From an uncultured Acidimicrobiales bacterium (GTDB lineage Bacteria; Actinomycetota; Acidimicrobiia; Acidimicrobiales; UBA10347), in NCBI GenBank assembly GCA_937991435.1, contig CALKPY010000002.1:9840-73839 (forward strand): DNA of 64,000 nucleotides, written 5' to 3'. A program made the position numbers and the translations under genes. Under the pieces are notes generated by a model. It did no database searches. It saw only the letters and a program-made list of their open reading frames with translations, and had not been told where the DNA came from. Shown here in pieces: positions 1 to 9,039 of the stretch (position 1 is the stretch's first letter; each line of letters starts with the position of its first letter).

Positions 1-309
1 TCCAATGACAACTCGCGTTACGCCGGAGTCCCACAAACGCTGGGCTGCTTCGAGCGAACGAACGCCACCACCAACTTGTAGGGGCACGTCGACCGCGGCT
101 GCGATCGCTGAGATTGCCGTCAGGTTGAGTTGCTGTCCGCTGCGTGCGGCGTCGAGGTCAACGACGTGAATCCACTCGGCGCCCTCAGCGGCGAATGCAG
201 CTGCCTGTTCGGCAGGGTTCTCGCCGTAGACAGTCTCGCGGTCGTAGTCACCCTGGTAGAGGCGCACACAGTTGCCGTCACGAATGTCGATTGCGGGGTA
301 CAGCTTCAT
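1..309 (-). CDS. hisA: HisA/PriA-type ProFAR isomerase, N-terminal part only (gene continues beyond left edge)
   Basis: Reverse-strand translation from ATG (309-307) reads MKLYPAIDIRDGNCVRLYQGDYDRETVYGENPAEQAAAFAAEGAEWIHVVDLDAARSG, a classic HisA N-terminus. ATGA overlap with the hisH stop. Absent from the ORF track because it has no stop in the window. Confidence 0.85.
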   Translation of the reverse strand, partial: MKLYPAIDIRDGNCVRLYQGDYDRETVYGENPAEQAAAFAAEGAEWIHVVDLDAARSGQQLNLTAISAIAAAVDVPLQVGGGVRSLEAAQRLWDSGVTRVVIG

Positions 310-914
310 GATTGCTCCGTTTGGCCAACGAAGTTCTGCAGCAACTTCATGCCGTGTCGACCTGATTTTTCGGGGTGGAACTGGGTCGCAACGATCTGAT
401 CGCGACCAGCAACGGCGACGACTTTGGCTCCGTAGTCACAAGTCGCAAGCACCGCTGTGGTTGCGGTGACCGCATAGGAGTGCACGAAGTACATCCAGGT
501 GCCGTCGAGGTCTCTCGTCACGATGTGCGGTGCCGTCGTGGAAATTGGGTTCCACTGCATCTGTGGGCGCTTGACGGTGTCGGGCAGTAGCTCGACTCGT
601 CCCGGAAGCACACCGAGCCCAGGCACGTCGGGACTCTCATCGCTGGATTCAAAGAGCATCTGCATACCAACGCAAATGCCAAGAAACGGTCGCCCGGAGA
701 TCGTCGCGGCGCGAGTCGCGTCCGCGAGGCCTTCGTCATGCAGCCGTTGTATGCACCGGCCGAAGTTGCCAACTCCCGGAAGTACGACGCCATCAGCGGC
801 GCTGATCGCGGCGGGGTCGTTGGTCAGCCGGGCGTCGGCACCGGCGCGCGTCAAGGCCTTTTCAGCCGAGCGAAGATTGCCAATGCCGTAGTCGATCACG
901 GCGATTGTTGGCAT
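306..914 (-). CDS. hisH: Imidazole glycerol phosphate synthase, glutamine amidotransferase subunit
   Basis: 202-aa ORF with MPTIAVIDYGIGNLRS start, class-I amidotransferase nucleophile elbow LGICVGMQML and C-terminal FVHSY/QFHPEKS. Lies between hisB and hisA. Confidence 0.95.
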   Translation of the reverse strand: MPTIAVIDYGIGNLRSAEKALTRAGADARLTNDPAAISAADGVVLPGVGNFGRCIQRLHDEGLADATRAATISGRPFLGICVGMQMLFESSDESPDVPGLGVLPGRVELLPDTVKRPQMQWNPISTTAPHIVTRDLDGTWMYFVHSYAVTATTAVLATCDYGAKVVAVAGRDQIVATQFHPEKSGRHGMKLLQNFVGQTEQS

Positions 915-1502
915 CTACAACACGCCCTTGGTCGACGGCACCTCGGAGCCTTCGATCCGCACGGCGTCGCGCAGTGCGCGCGCTGTCGACTTGAAGGCCG
1001 ATTCGATGATGTGATGCGTGTTCCGGCCACGAACCATGACCTGGTGCAACGTGATGCCAGCGCTTGTGATGAACGCGCGCCAGAACTCTTCAACCAGCTG
1101 GGGGTCAAAGGGAGGGTCTCCGTGGATGATCTCGCCGGGTGGGTCGATCTCGTAGACAAGAAATGGGCGGCCAGATAGATCCAAGGCGACTTCGACTAGG
1201 GCTTCGTCGAGGGGGCACGCTGCGGTTGCGAATCGGCGGACCCCGGCTTTGTCGCCCAAGGCTTCACCGAAGCAGGCTCCCAGGGCAATGCCGACGTCTT
1301 CGACCGTGTGGTGCGCATCGATCTCAAGGTCGCCGACTGCGTTGACCTTGAGCCCAAACCCGCCGTGGCGACCCAGCTGGTCGAGCATGTGATCGAAAAA
1401 TGGAAGCCCGGTCGAGCAGCTGACTGGTCCGCCGTCGAGGTCGACTGAGACGTCGATCGACGTCTCTTTGGTCGTACGCGACCGGCTGGCAGTGCGAGTC
1501 AT
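915..1502 (-). CDS. hisB: Imidazoleglycerol-phosphate dehydratase
   Basis: 195-aa ORF with IGPD metal-binding signatures IDAHHTVEDVGIALG and GRNTHHIIESAFK. Directly abuts hisH. Confidence 0.95.
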   Translation of the reverse strand: MTRTASRSRTTKETSIDVSVDLDGGPVSCSTGLPFFDHMLDQLGRHGGFGLKVNAVGDLEIDAHHTVEDVGIALGACFGEALGDKAGVRRFATAACPLDEALVEVALDLSGRPFLVYEIDPPGEIIHGDPPFDPQLVEEFWRAFITSAGITLHQVMVRGRNTHHIIESAFKSTARALRDAVRIEGSEVPSTKGVL

Positions 1503-1547
1503 GTTGATCCTGTCTGTCGGTCTCTACGCCGCGTGGTTCGAGGCTTG

Positions 1548-2618
1548 TTAATTCAGTATGGCTTCGAGTGCACCGAGGAACGCATCGTTTTCGGCTCTGG
1601 TCCCAACCGTCACGCGAAGGCAACCATCAAGACGCGGCCAGCTCGCGCAGTTACGTACCAACACGCCGTGGGCGACAAGCTGATCCCAGATGACCTGCCC
1701 GGTGTCGCTCGGAGGCCGAAACAACACAAAGTTCGAACTCGAGGGCCAATACTCAATGCCGAGATCAGCCAGGCCAGCCTGAATCTGACCACGGCGTTCC
1801 ACGAGCAGCGCCACTCGAGCTTGCATTTCAGACTCGTAGTCGAGCGCCACGCTTCCGGCAATCTGAGACACAGCGTCGAGATGGTACGGAAGCACCGCTG
1901 TCTCTAGCCGCTCGACGATCCACTGCGGGGCAATGAGGTAACCGAGTCGTGCCGCTGCCATCGCCCACGTCTTTGAAAAGGTTCGGCTGATGACTAGGGG
2001 GCGATCTTCGTCGAGCATCTCGATGGCGGACCACGTCGAGAACTGTGCATACGCCTCGTCTACGACGAGCAGCCCGAACGGTTCGACGGTGGCGAGCGAC
2101 TGCTCGACGAACGAGCGGGACTCGACGAGCCCAGTCGGATTGTTCGGCGAGCACAGGAAGGTGATGGTGGGTTCGTGGCGACTCATCGCTGCGAACGCCT
2201 CGCCCTCGTCGATCGTGAAATCGCTCTCCCGATCAATTTCAACCACATGGGTACCCGTGACCCGGGCTATCTGGCCGTGCATGGCGTATGTCGGTTCAAA
2301 CGTCATGACAGATCGCCCCGGACCGCCCCACGCCATGAGAAGCGTTTGTAGGACCTCGTTTGACCCATTGGCGACAAAGATGTTGTTCGGATCGACTTGG
2401 TGATGCTGGGCCAATTTTGCACGCAACTCCCCGACTGAGCGATCGGGATACCGATTCCAGTCAAGCTCAGCGACTCGACGAGCGACTTCGGCACGGAATG
2501 CGGTTGGTGGCGGCTCGGGGCTCTCGTTGGTGTTGAGCCGAACCTCGACATCGAGTTGTGGTGAGTGATAACCCGGCAGCGCAGCGAGATCGTCACGTAC
2601 CGGTGGCCGAAAGCTCAT
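1548..2618 (-). CDS. hisC: Histidinol-phosphate aminotransferase
   Basis: 356-aa ORF with class-II aminotransferase PLP-lysine context SRTFSKTWAMAAARLGY. 4-nt overlap with the hisD stop; his operon context. Confidence 0.9.
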   Translation of the reverse strand: MSFRPPVRDDLAALPGYHSPQLDVEVRLNTNESPEPPPTAFRAEVARRVAELDWNRYPDRSVGELRAKLAQHHQVDPNNIFVANGSNEVLQTLLMAWGGPGRSVMTFEPTYAMHGQIARVTGTHVVEIDRESDFTIDEGEAFAAMSRHEPTITFLCSPNNPTGLVESRSFVEQSLATVEPFGLLVVDEAYAQFSTWSAIEMLDEDRPLVISRTFSKTWAMAAARLGYLIAPQWIVERLETAVLPYHLDAVSQIAGSVALDYESEMQARVALLVERRGQIQAGLADLGIEYWPSSSNFVLFRPPSDTGQVIWDQLVAHGVLVRNCASWPRLDGCLRVTVGTRAENDAFLGALEAILN

Positions 2619-3904
2619 GGCGAATCCTCAAGTCGCAGCAGTACCGACTGGGCATGGGCATGAAGTCCTTCTGCCTGAGCCAGCGTGGCAACGTGTGGTC
2701 CTGCCCATTTGAGGCCTTCGGCGTCGACCGACACCACGTGAACATGCTTGCAGAAGTCTTCGATGCCAAGCGCACCGCCAAACCGCGCTGTGCCGTTGGT
2801 CGGAAGCACATGTGATGGCCCGGCGATGTAGTCGCCGAGCGATGCTGGAGCCAACGGCCCGACGAACACAGCTCCAGCGTGGCGCACCAGCGGAACGAGC
2901 TCTTCAGCACCTCGCACCATCAGCTGCAGGTGTTCTGGCGCGATCGCGTTGGCAACTTCAATCGCCTGCGCGTGATCTCGAACGAGCGCCACGTGCCCGC
3001 CGCTTTTCAGCGTGGCACTGATGTCATCGTGGCGTTCGGCGTCGGCAAGCAGCGATTCGATGGCCTGTTCAACATCGTTTACTGTCGAGTCGTCGGCTGC
3101 GATGAGCCATGAGAGCCCGTCTGGACCGTGTTCGGCTTGGACCATGAGATCGATCGCCACATAGCGAGGGTCGACGGAATCATCGGCGACAACGCAGATC
3201 TCGCTGGGGCCGGCGAATGCCGAAGGGACTCCGACGACACCGGCAACTTCTTGTTTGGCTAACGCGACATAAACGTTGCCCGGCCCAACAATTACGTCGA
3301 CCGCGGTGACAGTTTCAGTGCCATAGGCCATTGCCGCGACCGCTTGCGCGCCGCCGACGGCGTACACCTCATCGACGCCGGTGATGGCTGCAGCTGCGAG
3401 TGTCACATCGGCAATTCGGCCATCGGACTGCGGCGGCACGCAGAGCACGATTTGGTCGACGCCTGCGGCGCGGGCTGGAAGCACCGTCATCAGCACCGTC
3501 GATGGGTACGCGGCGCGTCCGCCAGGCACGTAGCAGCCAGCGCGGTCTACCGGCTGGCGCCTCGCCGCGACGGTGATGCCATTTGATCGGTGGGTGTGCG
3601 GCGCGGGAATCAGCGATTCGTGAAACGCAAGGATCGAGGTGGCAGCAGCGCGCAGCGAGGCGACGACGTCAGGGGAAACCCGAGCGAGTGCCTCATCGAG
3701 CATTGCCGGTGGTACGCGCAGCGGGTCCGGTGCTGCTCCGTCAAAGCGTTTGCCCAGGTCAGCGATCGCAGCGTCACCTCGTGTGCGCACGTCGGCAATG
3801 ATCGTGCGGACCGCATCAAGCGGCCCGGCGGTGTCACCCAGCGGACGCGGCAGCACGTCAGCGTAGTTGGACTCGACGGAGCGCAGGTCATGACGGGTCA
3901 GCAC
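2615..3904 (-). CDS. hisD: Histidinol dehydrogenase
   Basis: 429-aa ORF with HisD signatures QAEHGPD and GDYIAGPSHVLPT. First gene of the his operon. Confidence 0.95.
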   Translation of the reverse strand: MLTRHDLRSVESNYADVLPRPLGDTAGPLDAVRTIIADVRTRGDAAIADLGKRFDGAAPDPLRVPPAMLDEALARVSPDVVASLRAAATSILAFHESLIPAPHTHRSNGITVAARRQPVDRAGCYVPGGRAAYPSTVLMTVLPARAAGVDQIVLCVPPQSDGRIADVTLAAAAITGVDEVYAVGGAQAVAAMAYGTETVTAVDVIVGPGNVYVALAKQEVAGVVGVPSAFAGPSEICVVADDSVDPRYVAIDLMVQAEHGPDGLSWLIAADDSTVNDVEQAIESLLADAERHDDISATLKSGGHVALVRDHAQAIEVANAIAPEHLQLMVRGAEELVPLVRHAGAVFVGPLAPASLGDYIAGPSHVLPTNGTARFGGALGIEDFCKHVHVVSVDAEGLKWAGPHVATLAQAEGLHAHAQSVLLRLEDSP

Positions 3905-4013
3905 AATAGGAACCGTAGCCGTGGGTTCGTCTTGCGACGTGGGCGTTTCGTGTGAGTTGGAGCTGCGTCAACAGACACGGCCAAGTCAGCGCTACGCGGC
4001 GCCCATCACAACC

Positions 4014-4271
4014 ATGATTGATCTCGACCGCGCATTCGGCCAGACTCTGCCGGTGACGACACCCCAGGAGTTCTCCCCCAGCCGCGACAGCGCGGAGCTG
4101 CACTCAATCGGAACGGTGCTCGACGACATGCAGCTGCGCGTCGTCGAAGTCGCTGATCGTTGGCGCGAATTGGAACGAGACGATGTAGCGGGTGACCTGT
4201 ACGAAGTTGAGAGGTCGCTTCGAAATGCCCAGCGGCGCATCCGACGCGCCGTTCAAGGTTTCGAACGCTGA
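4014..4271 (+). CDS. Small predicted helical protein of unknown function (85 aa from ATG 4014; longest ORF starts 3921)
   Basis: Codon pattern looks coding. Sequence MIDLDRAFGQTLPV...DLYEVERSLRNAQRRIRRAVQGFER is charged and helical. Divergent from hisD. No family recognised. Confidence 0.4.
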   Translation: MIDLDRAFGQTLPVTTPQEFSPSRDSAELHSIGTVLDDMQLRVVEVADRWRELERDDVAGDLYEVERSLRNAQRRIRRAVQGFER

Positions 4272-4337
4272 CCAGCGCTCCGGCCGTGATCGCGTCGCCG
4301 TAGCAACCACATATCGCACCGGCGTAAAAGCGAGAAG

Positions 4338-4363
4338 GCCGGCGCCCCCGAAAGGGCACCGGC
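4338..4363 (+). other. GC-rich hairpin (10-bp stem with one mismatch, CCGAAA loop) in an ORF-free gap; possible factor-independent terminator of the small ORF or part of an sRNA or leader
   Basis: GCCGGCGCCC-CCGAAA-GGGCACCGGC read directly. Followed by two further hairpins (GACACA..TGTGTC at 4371-4400; GGGGT-TATG-ACCCC at 4412-4425). Confidence 0.3.
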
Positions 4364-4600
4364 GTGCGGCGACACAGGGCGGCGGATCCCTATATGTGTC
4401 ACCAGATCGGAGGGGTTATGACCCCAGCGGCCTCAAGGCCCAAACAACTTCACGGAGCATACGCCGACTGAACAAGCGTTCAACCTTGATCCGCCTTGAG
4501 AGATAGCGGCTTCCGAAGAGCCCGGTTCGTAGCCACGCTTGACGCTCAGCGGCTCGATCGGTGAGCAAGGTACAAGGTCTACACCTCGCAGCACCTACCC

Positions 4601-5305
4601 TTGCCGATCATGGTGCTAACTCTCGACCCTCGGTCCAACGATGGGCCATTCGTCGCGCACATGCCAAGCACTCCGTCTGGTAAGGATTTCGACGACCTTG
4701 CTGCAGTCATCAAGGAGTCCGAGGCCACTGGCGCTGCACTGACACTGTGGGCTCACGATGTCAACGACGAAACTGATGCGCTTATTCGGTCCTGTGGCCT
4801 GCGGCAGTGGCGCGACCTGTGGCAGCTTCGATGCGACCTTCCCGCTACAAAATCAACGATTGCCACGCGCGCGTTCACCGATGGCGACCTGGAACGGTTC
4901 GTCGCCGTCAACAATCGAGCATTCAGTTGGCACCCCGAACAAAGCGGACTCACTGTCGATGCAGTTCGCGAGACGATGCGGGAACCTTGGTTCAATTCTG
5001 ACGGATTTCGTCTCTACGAGATCGACGAGCAGCTCCTGGGGTTCTGCTGGACCAAGGTCCACACAGACCTTGAGCCACCGATCGGCGAGATCTTCGTTAT
5101 CGCAGTCGACCCGTCGGCACACGGCCAAGGTCTTGGGACCCCTATGACACTTGCAGGACTCGACTGGCTCGCCGACCAAGGACTCACACGTGCCATGTTG
5201 TATGTCGAAAGCGACAACGTCGCGGCCAACGCGACCTATGAACGCATCGGCTTCCGACGTCACCTGACGAATCGGGCCTACACCACAAACGCGGCCTCCT
5301 CGTGA
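4601..5305 (+). CDS. GNAT N-acetyltransferase resembling the C-terminal half of mycothiol synthase MshD
   Basis: 234 aa. VAVNNRAFSWHPEQSGLTVDAVRETMREPWFNSDGFRLYE...GFCWTKVH...GEIFVIAVDPSAHGQGLG...MLYVESDNVAANATYERIGF matches the MshD acceptor-domain pattern from memory. TTG start (or ATG at 4610); in-frame stop at 4562 limits the N-terminus. Confidence 0.6.
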   Translation: MPIMVLTLDPRSNDGPFVAHMPSTPSGKDFDDLAAVIKESEATGAALTLWAHDVNDETDALIRSCGLRQWRDLWQLRCDLPATKSTIATRAFTDGDLERFVAVNNRAFSWHPEQSGLTVDAVRETMREPWFNSDGFRLYEIDEQLLGFCWTKVHTDLEPPIGEIFVIAVDPSAHGQGLGTPMTLAGLDWLADQGLTRAMLYVESDNVAANATYERIGFRRHLTNRAYTTNAASS

Positions 5306-6396
5306 CCGTCAGCCCGCCGGCCGTCGACGAAGGTTCCGGCGAGAAGTCACAGACCTTGTATGACCATGACCGAGAAAGCATTGGCGCACTTCTGAACAAC
5401 GAGCCGCGCTACCGGGTCGACCAGTTATGGCAAGGGCTGTATCAGAATTTTGCAACCCCTCAGCAGATAACAACGCTACCCAAAACACTCCGAAGTGCGC
5501 TCGACGCACGCGCTCCCCTCGCCCTCACCGAAGTAGAACGATCCGAAGCCGATGGCGGCCAGACGATTAAGTGGCTTTGGCGTCTGCACGATGGACACCA
5601 GGTCGAGACCGTGCTCATGCTGTATCCCGATCGGGCGACCGTATGCGTCAGCTCCCAAGCTGGGTGCGCAATGGCGTGCAGTTTCTGCGCGACCGGCCAG
5701 GCCGGATTTGATCGGCATTTGACTACCGGCGAAATCGTCGAGCAAGTAGTCCGAGCCGCGGCGGCTGCCGGCGAGCGCCGCGTCTCGAACATTGTGTTCA
5801 TGGGCATGGGCGAACCGCTCGCAAACTTCGACAACACCTGGTCTTCAATCGAGCGCATCCACGGCGATATTGGATTGTCTGCTCGATCGATCACGGTGTC
5901 GACCGTCGGCGTGATTCCCGGAATTAGGCGTCTCGCAGCAGCAACATTGCCGGTGACCTTGGCCGTATCGCTGCACGCCGCCAACGATGTGTTACGTAAC
6001 GAACTCGTACCTCTGAATCGTCGCTATCCAATCAGCGCGTTGTGCGATGCCATGATGGAGTTTCGACAAGCAAAGGGCCGACGAGTCTCACTCGAATGGG
6101 CACTGATCCATGGTGTGAACGACACCGATCGTGACGCTACTGAGTTGGCATCGATCGCCCGCCGGGTACGAGCACACGTGAACCTCATTCCCCTCAACCC
6201 AACCCCGGGTTACCCGGTGGTAGGCGCCCCGCCGGCGCGACTGCGTGAGTTTCGTGATCTCCTCGAACAGCACGGCGCCAACGCGACGGTGCGACGCACT
6301 CGAGGCCTTGAGATCGATGCAGCGTGCGGGCAACTCGCCGCCCGTCACCGAGACGTTGCTGATCAGCCGGTCACTATTGGTTCGCCGAGTCGCTGA
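5302..6396 (+). CDS. rlmN: 23S rRNA/tRNA adenine-C2 methyltransferase (radical SAM)
   Basis: 364 aa with radical-SAM cluster motif CAMACSFCATGQ and RlmN-type C-terminal Cys context IDAACGQL. GTGA overlap with the upstream stop. Confidence 0.9.
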   Translation: MTVSPPAVDEGSGEKSQTLYDHDRESIGALLNNEPRYRVDQLWQGLYQNFATPQQITTLPKTLRSALDARAPLALTEVERSEADGGQTIKWLWRLHDGHQVETVLMLYPDRATVCVSSQAGCAMACSFCATGQAGFDRHLTTGEIVEQVVRAAAAAGERRVSNIVFMGMGEPLANFDNTWSSIERIHGDIGLSARSITVSTVGVIPGIRRLAAATLPVTLAVSLHAANDVLRNELVPLNRRYPISALCDAMMEFRQAKGRRVSLEWALIHGVNDTDRDATELASIARRVRAHVNLIPLNPTPGYPVVGAPPARLREFRDLLEQHGANATVRRTRGLEIDAACGQLAARHRDVADQPVTIGSPSR

Positions 6397-6446
6397 AGCG
6401 GTGAGGCTGCAGCCGATGATCGTGTCTGTGATGGCACACTGATCTG

Positions 6447-6806
6447 GTGGCGACCATGCGTTGGACCAACCCAAACCATCCCCAAACGCTTCACATTGGC
6501 GTAATCTTGCTGTATATCGATGCGTTCTTCGCGTTGTTCGGCGGCGCACGCGGCATCGGCCCGCTGATGACAATTGGCGCAGTTGGAAGCGCAGTCGGCA
6601 TCGCAAACGACAAGCGGATCGCCTGGTACGTGGGGATTGCCTTGTCGGCGTTGGCGCCGGTGGTGCTGGCACGTTGGTTGTGGCTCAATGGGCTGACAAA
6701 CCTCTTCGACTTCAACGTCATGATTGACGCGGTGTTTCCGATTGCGCAATTGGTTGCACTTGTACACCCCATGAGCCGCTCCTATGTCAAGTCCTGGTTC
6801 GAGTAG
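6447..6806 (+). CDS. Small integral membrane protein, unknown function
   Basis: 119 aa with 3-4 hydrophobic segments (GVILLYIDAFFALFGG, GIALSALAPVVLARWLWL). Tightly packed between rlmN and menG. Confidence 0.5.
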   Translation: MATMRWTNPNHPQTLHIGVILLYIDAFFALFGGARGIGPLMTIGAVGSAVGIANDKRIAWYVGIALSALAPVVLARWLWLNGLTNLFDFNVMIDAVFPIAQLVALVHPMSRSYVKSWFE

Positions 6807-6808
6807 CC

Positions 6809-7507
6809 GTGATGATTCCCACTCGCCACGATCCTTTACCCACCGGGCAAGACAAGGTCGACAGCGTTCGCACACTGTTCGACACCATCGCACCTCGTTA
6901 CGACCTGGTGAACCGCATAATGACCTTTGGTCTCGACGTTCGTTGGCGCGACCGCACGATCAAGTCGCTCAGCCTGCCAGCTGGGTCAATCGTGGCTGAT
7001 CTTGCATGCGGAACTGGTGACTTCTGCCGGTCACTCGAAGCACAAAACATGCAGGTTCTCGGCTTTGATCTTGCTCTAGGCATGCTTGAACATGCCCGCA
7101 CTGAAGCCCCGCTGACCCAAGCCGATGTCTTGCACCTGCCGATCGCGAACGACAGCGTCGACGGTGTCACCTGCGGTTTCGCCCTTCGTAACTTCGTCGA
7201 ACTCGGCCCCTTCTTCACCGAGCTGGCGCGAGTCGTGCGCCCGGGCGGCCGGATCGCCCTGCTCGATGTCAGTCGGCCGTCTTCTCGTGTGCTTCGTGCA
7301 GGCTATGACATCTACTTTGGCCGCGTAGTGCCGCTGATCGGCGGCTTGCTGTCAAACGCCGACGCATACGGCTATCTGCCTCGGTCATTGTCATATCTGC
7401 CCGCGCCCGATCGCCTGCGATCCGATGTCACCGCTGCGGGCTTCAGTAACGTCGAACATCATCAGCTCAATGGTGGGCTCGTGCAGCTCATCACCGCAAC
7501 GGCGTAA
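6809..7507 (+). CDS. menG: Demethylmenaquinone methyltransferase (UbiE/MenG family)
   Basis: 232 aa with VRTLFDTIAPRYDLVNRIMTFGLDVRWR (UbiE signature) and SAM motif VADLACGTGD. Confidence 0.85.
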   Translation: MMIPTRHDPLPTGQDKVDSVRTLFDTIAPRYDLVNRIMTFGLDVRWRDRTIKSLSLPAGSIVADLACGTGDFCRSLEAQNMQVLGFDLALGMLEHARTEAPLTQADVLHLPIANDSVDGVTCGFALRNFVELGPFFTELARVVRPGGRIALLDVSRPSSRVLRAGYDIYFGRVVPLIGGLLSNADAYGYLPRSLSYLPAPDRLRSDVTAAGFSNVEHHQLNGGLVQLITATA

Positions 7508-7525
7508 ACGAACTCGAGCGCCGGT

Positions 7526-8410
7526 CTAGGTCAACGCAAGACCAATCGTGACGAGCGCGCCGAAAACGAGCTGGGTTCGCGCGGTTGACTCGAGAACGGA
7601 AATTAGGTCTCTCGCCATCGCTCCGCCTCGTACCGCTCCCACCGCGCCCGCCGCCCATGGCAACGCGCCGATTCCAAGAACGAGCCACCACCAGCGACTG
7701 GCGACGGCCAAAACAACGACGATCGCAAACGCGACCAGCATCAAGCCGACAAAGAGATGACGGGTTCGCGTATCGCCGAGACGCACGGCGAGCGTAAGTT
7801 TTGATGTTGCTGCATCGGTCGGTATGTCACGAAGGTTGTTGGCAACCAGAAGCGCTGTTGCTAATGCGCCAACAGCAGCTCCGAGGGCCCATGCTTGCCA
7901 AGACCATGAACCGGGCTGTACGTAGGCCGACCCTACGGTCGCGACCAGCCCAAAGAATACGAAAACAAATACTTCGCCAAATCCCAGGTAGCCATAGGGA
8001 CGGCTTCCGCCGGTGTAGAACCAACCGGCGAGAATCGAAGCAACGCCCACGAGCAGCAGTTCTGGCCCGACCGCCAACACCAATGTGGCGCCGACGATCG
8101 CAGCTACGCCAAACGATCCAAACGCCGCAATCTTTACATTGCGAGCCTCGATTAGCCCGGATCCAACCAGGCGTAGTGGCCCAGTACGGTCGTCGTCAGT
8201 GCCGCGAATTCCGTCGCTGTAGTCGTTGGCGTAATTGGTACCCACCTGCAAGGCCACGGCAACAACGAGCGCCGCTGCAGCCCTCCACCAGATCAACGGG
8301 CCAGAAACCGAGGCCACAGCGGTTCCGACAGCGACCGGGACCACCGCAGCGGGCAGGGTGCGGGGCCGGGCGCCAGCCAGCCAGGTTGACAGGCCTGGTG
8401 AGCTCACCAT
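7526..8410 (-). CDS. menA: 1,4-dihydroxy-2-naphthoate polyprenyltransferase (UbiA family)
   Basis: Multi-TM protein with WLAGARPRTLPAAVVPV N-terminus and Asp-rich NDYSDGIRGTDDD motif. Start trimmed to ATG 8410 (longest ORF reaches 8491 but overlaps the nitroreductase gene). Confidence 0.85.
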   Translation of the reverse strand: MVSSPGLSTWLAGARPRTLPAAVVPVAVGTAVASVSGPLIWWRAAAALVVAVALQVGTNYANDYSDGIRGTDDDRTGPLRLVGSGLIEARNVKIAAFGSFGVAAIVGATLVLAVGPELLLVGVASILAGWFYTGGSRPYGYLGFGEVFVFVFFGLVATVGSAYVQPGSWSWQAWALGAAVGALATALLVANNLRDIPTDAATSKLTLAVRLGDTRTRHLFVGLMLVAFAIVVVLAVASRWWWLVLGIGALPWAAGAVGAVRGGAMARDLISVLESTARTQLVFGALVTIGLALT

Positions 8411-9003
8411 CGCCCCCGATGAATGATGTCGTCGACCGGCGGGCGACCTCGCGCCGCTGACTGGCTCGGGCGGTCCCCAGGTGCAGGCCATCCGAGCGCG
8501 ACTGTTCCAATCGGGCGCACTCCCGTTGGCAACCCGAGTGCATCCGCGACAGCAGGTTCGTGCTCAAAGAGACCGAAGAACAGCGCTCCAACGCCTGCGT
8601 CGACCGCCGCATGTAGCAAGGTCATTGTGGCCATCGCCGTATCGACGTGCCAGTACGGCATAGTCCATGCATCGGCAGAAACTCCGAGCCCGCTATGGGA
8701 CTTATCAGGCTCGCTGTATCGATCAACGTACGCCCGTTGATCACCGCACGGAAGCACCAAAACCGGCGCAAGTAACAACCCTGGCCACGGAAAACGGTCT
8801 CGACGTTCAATCGGCAAAGTGATATCCCAGTACCGAGCGGTTTCAGCACCCTCAAGCACAACGAAGTGTGTTCCGCCGGTATTGCCTGCGGAGGGGGCCC
8901 GCTGCGCCATGGCGAGCATCGTGTCGACGAGTGGCGCTGGTATCGGGTCGGTCGTGAATCGCCGCACCATGCGACGCCGCCGGACGACGTCAGCGAACTC
9001 CAT
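8404..9003 (-). CDS. Nitroreductase-family flavoprotein
   Basis: 199 aa. RRMVRRFTTDPIPAPLVDTMLAMAQRAPSAGNTGGTHFVVL is the typical nitroreductase N-terminal FMN-binding pattern. Confidence 0.75.
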   Translation of the reverse strand: MEFADVVRRRRMVRRFTTDPIPAPLVDTMLAMAQRAPSAGNTGGTHFVVLEGAETARYWDITLPIERRDRFPWPGLLLAPVLVLPCGDQRAYVDRYSEPDKSHSGLGVSADAWTMPYWHVDTAMATMTLLHAAVDAGVGALFFGLFEHEPAVADALGLPTGVRPIGTVALGWPAPGDRPSQSAARGRPPVDDIIHRGRW

Positions 9004-9039
9004 TGTTCACACCGTCACCCTGGTCTGGGAGCAGTAGTG

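Noticed and set aside
4272-4600. RNase P RNA, tmRNA, SRP RNA or 6C/6S RNA in the ORF-free gap
   Set aside because: I checked both strands for the hallmark strings: GAGGAAAGUCCGG and ACAGAA.CCGGCUUA for RNase P, the GGGG..UUCGAC 5' end and tRNA-like 3' end for tmRNA, and GGUCCGGAAGGAAGCAGCC for SRP. None is present.
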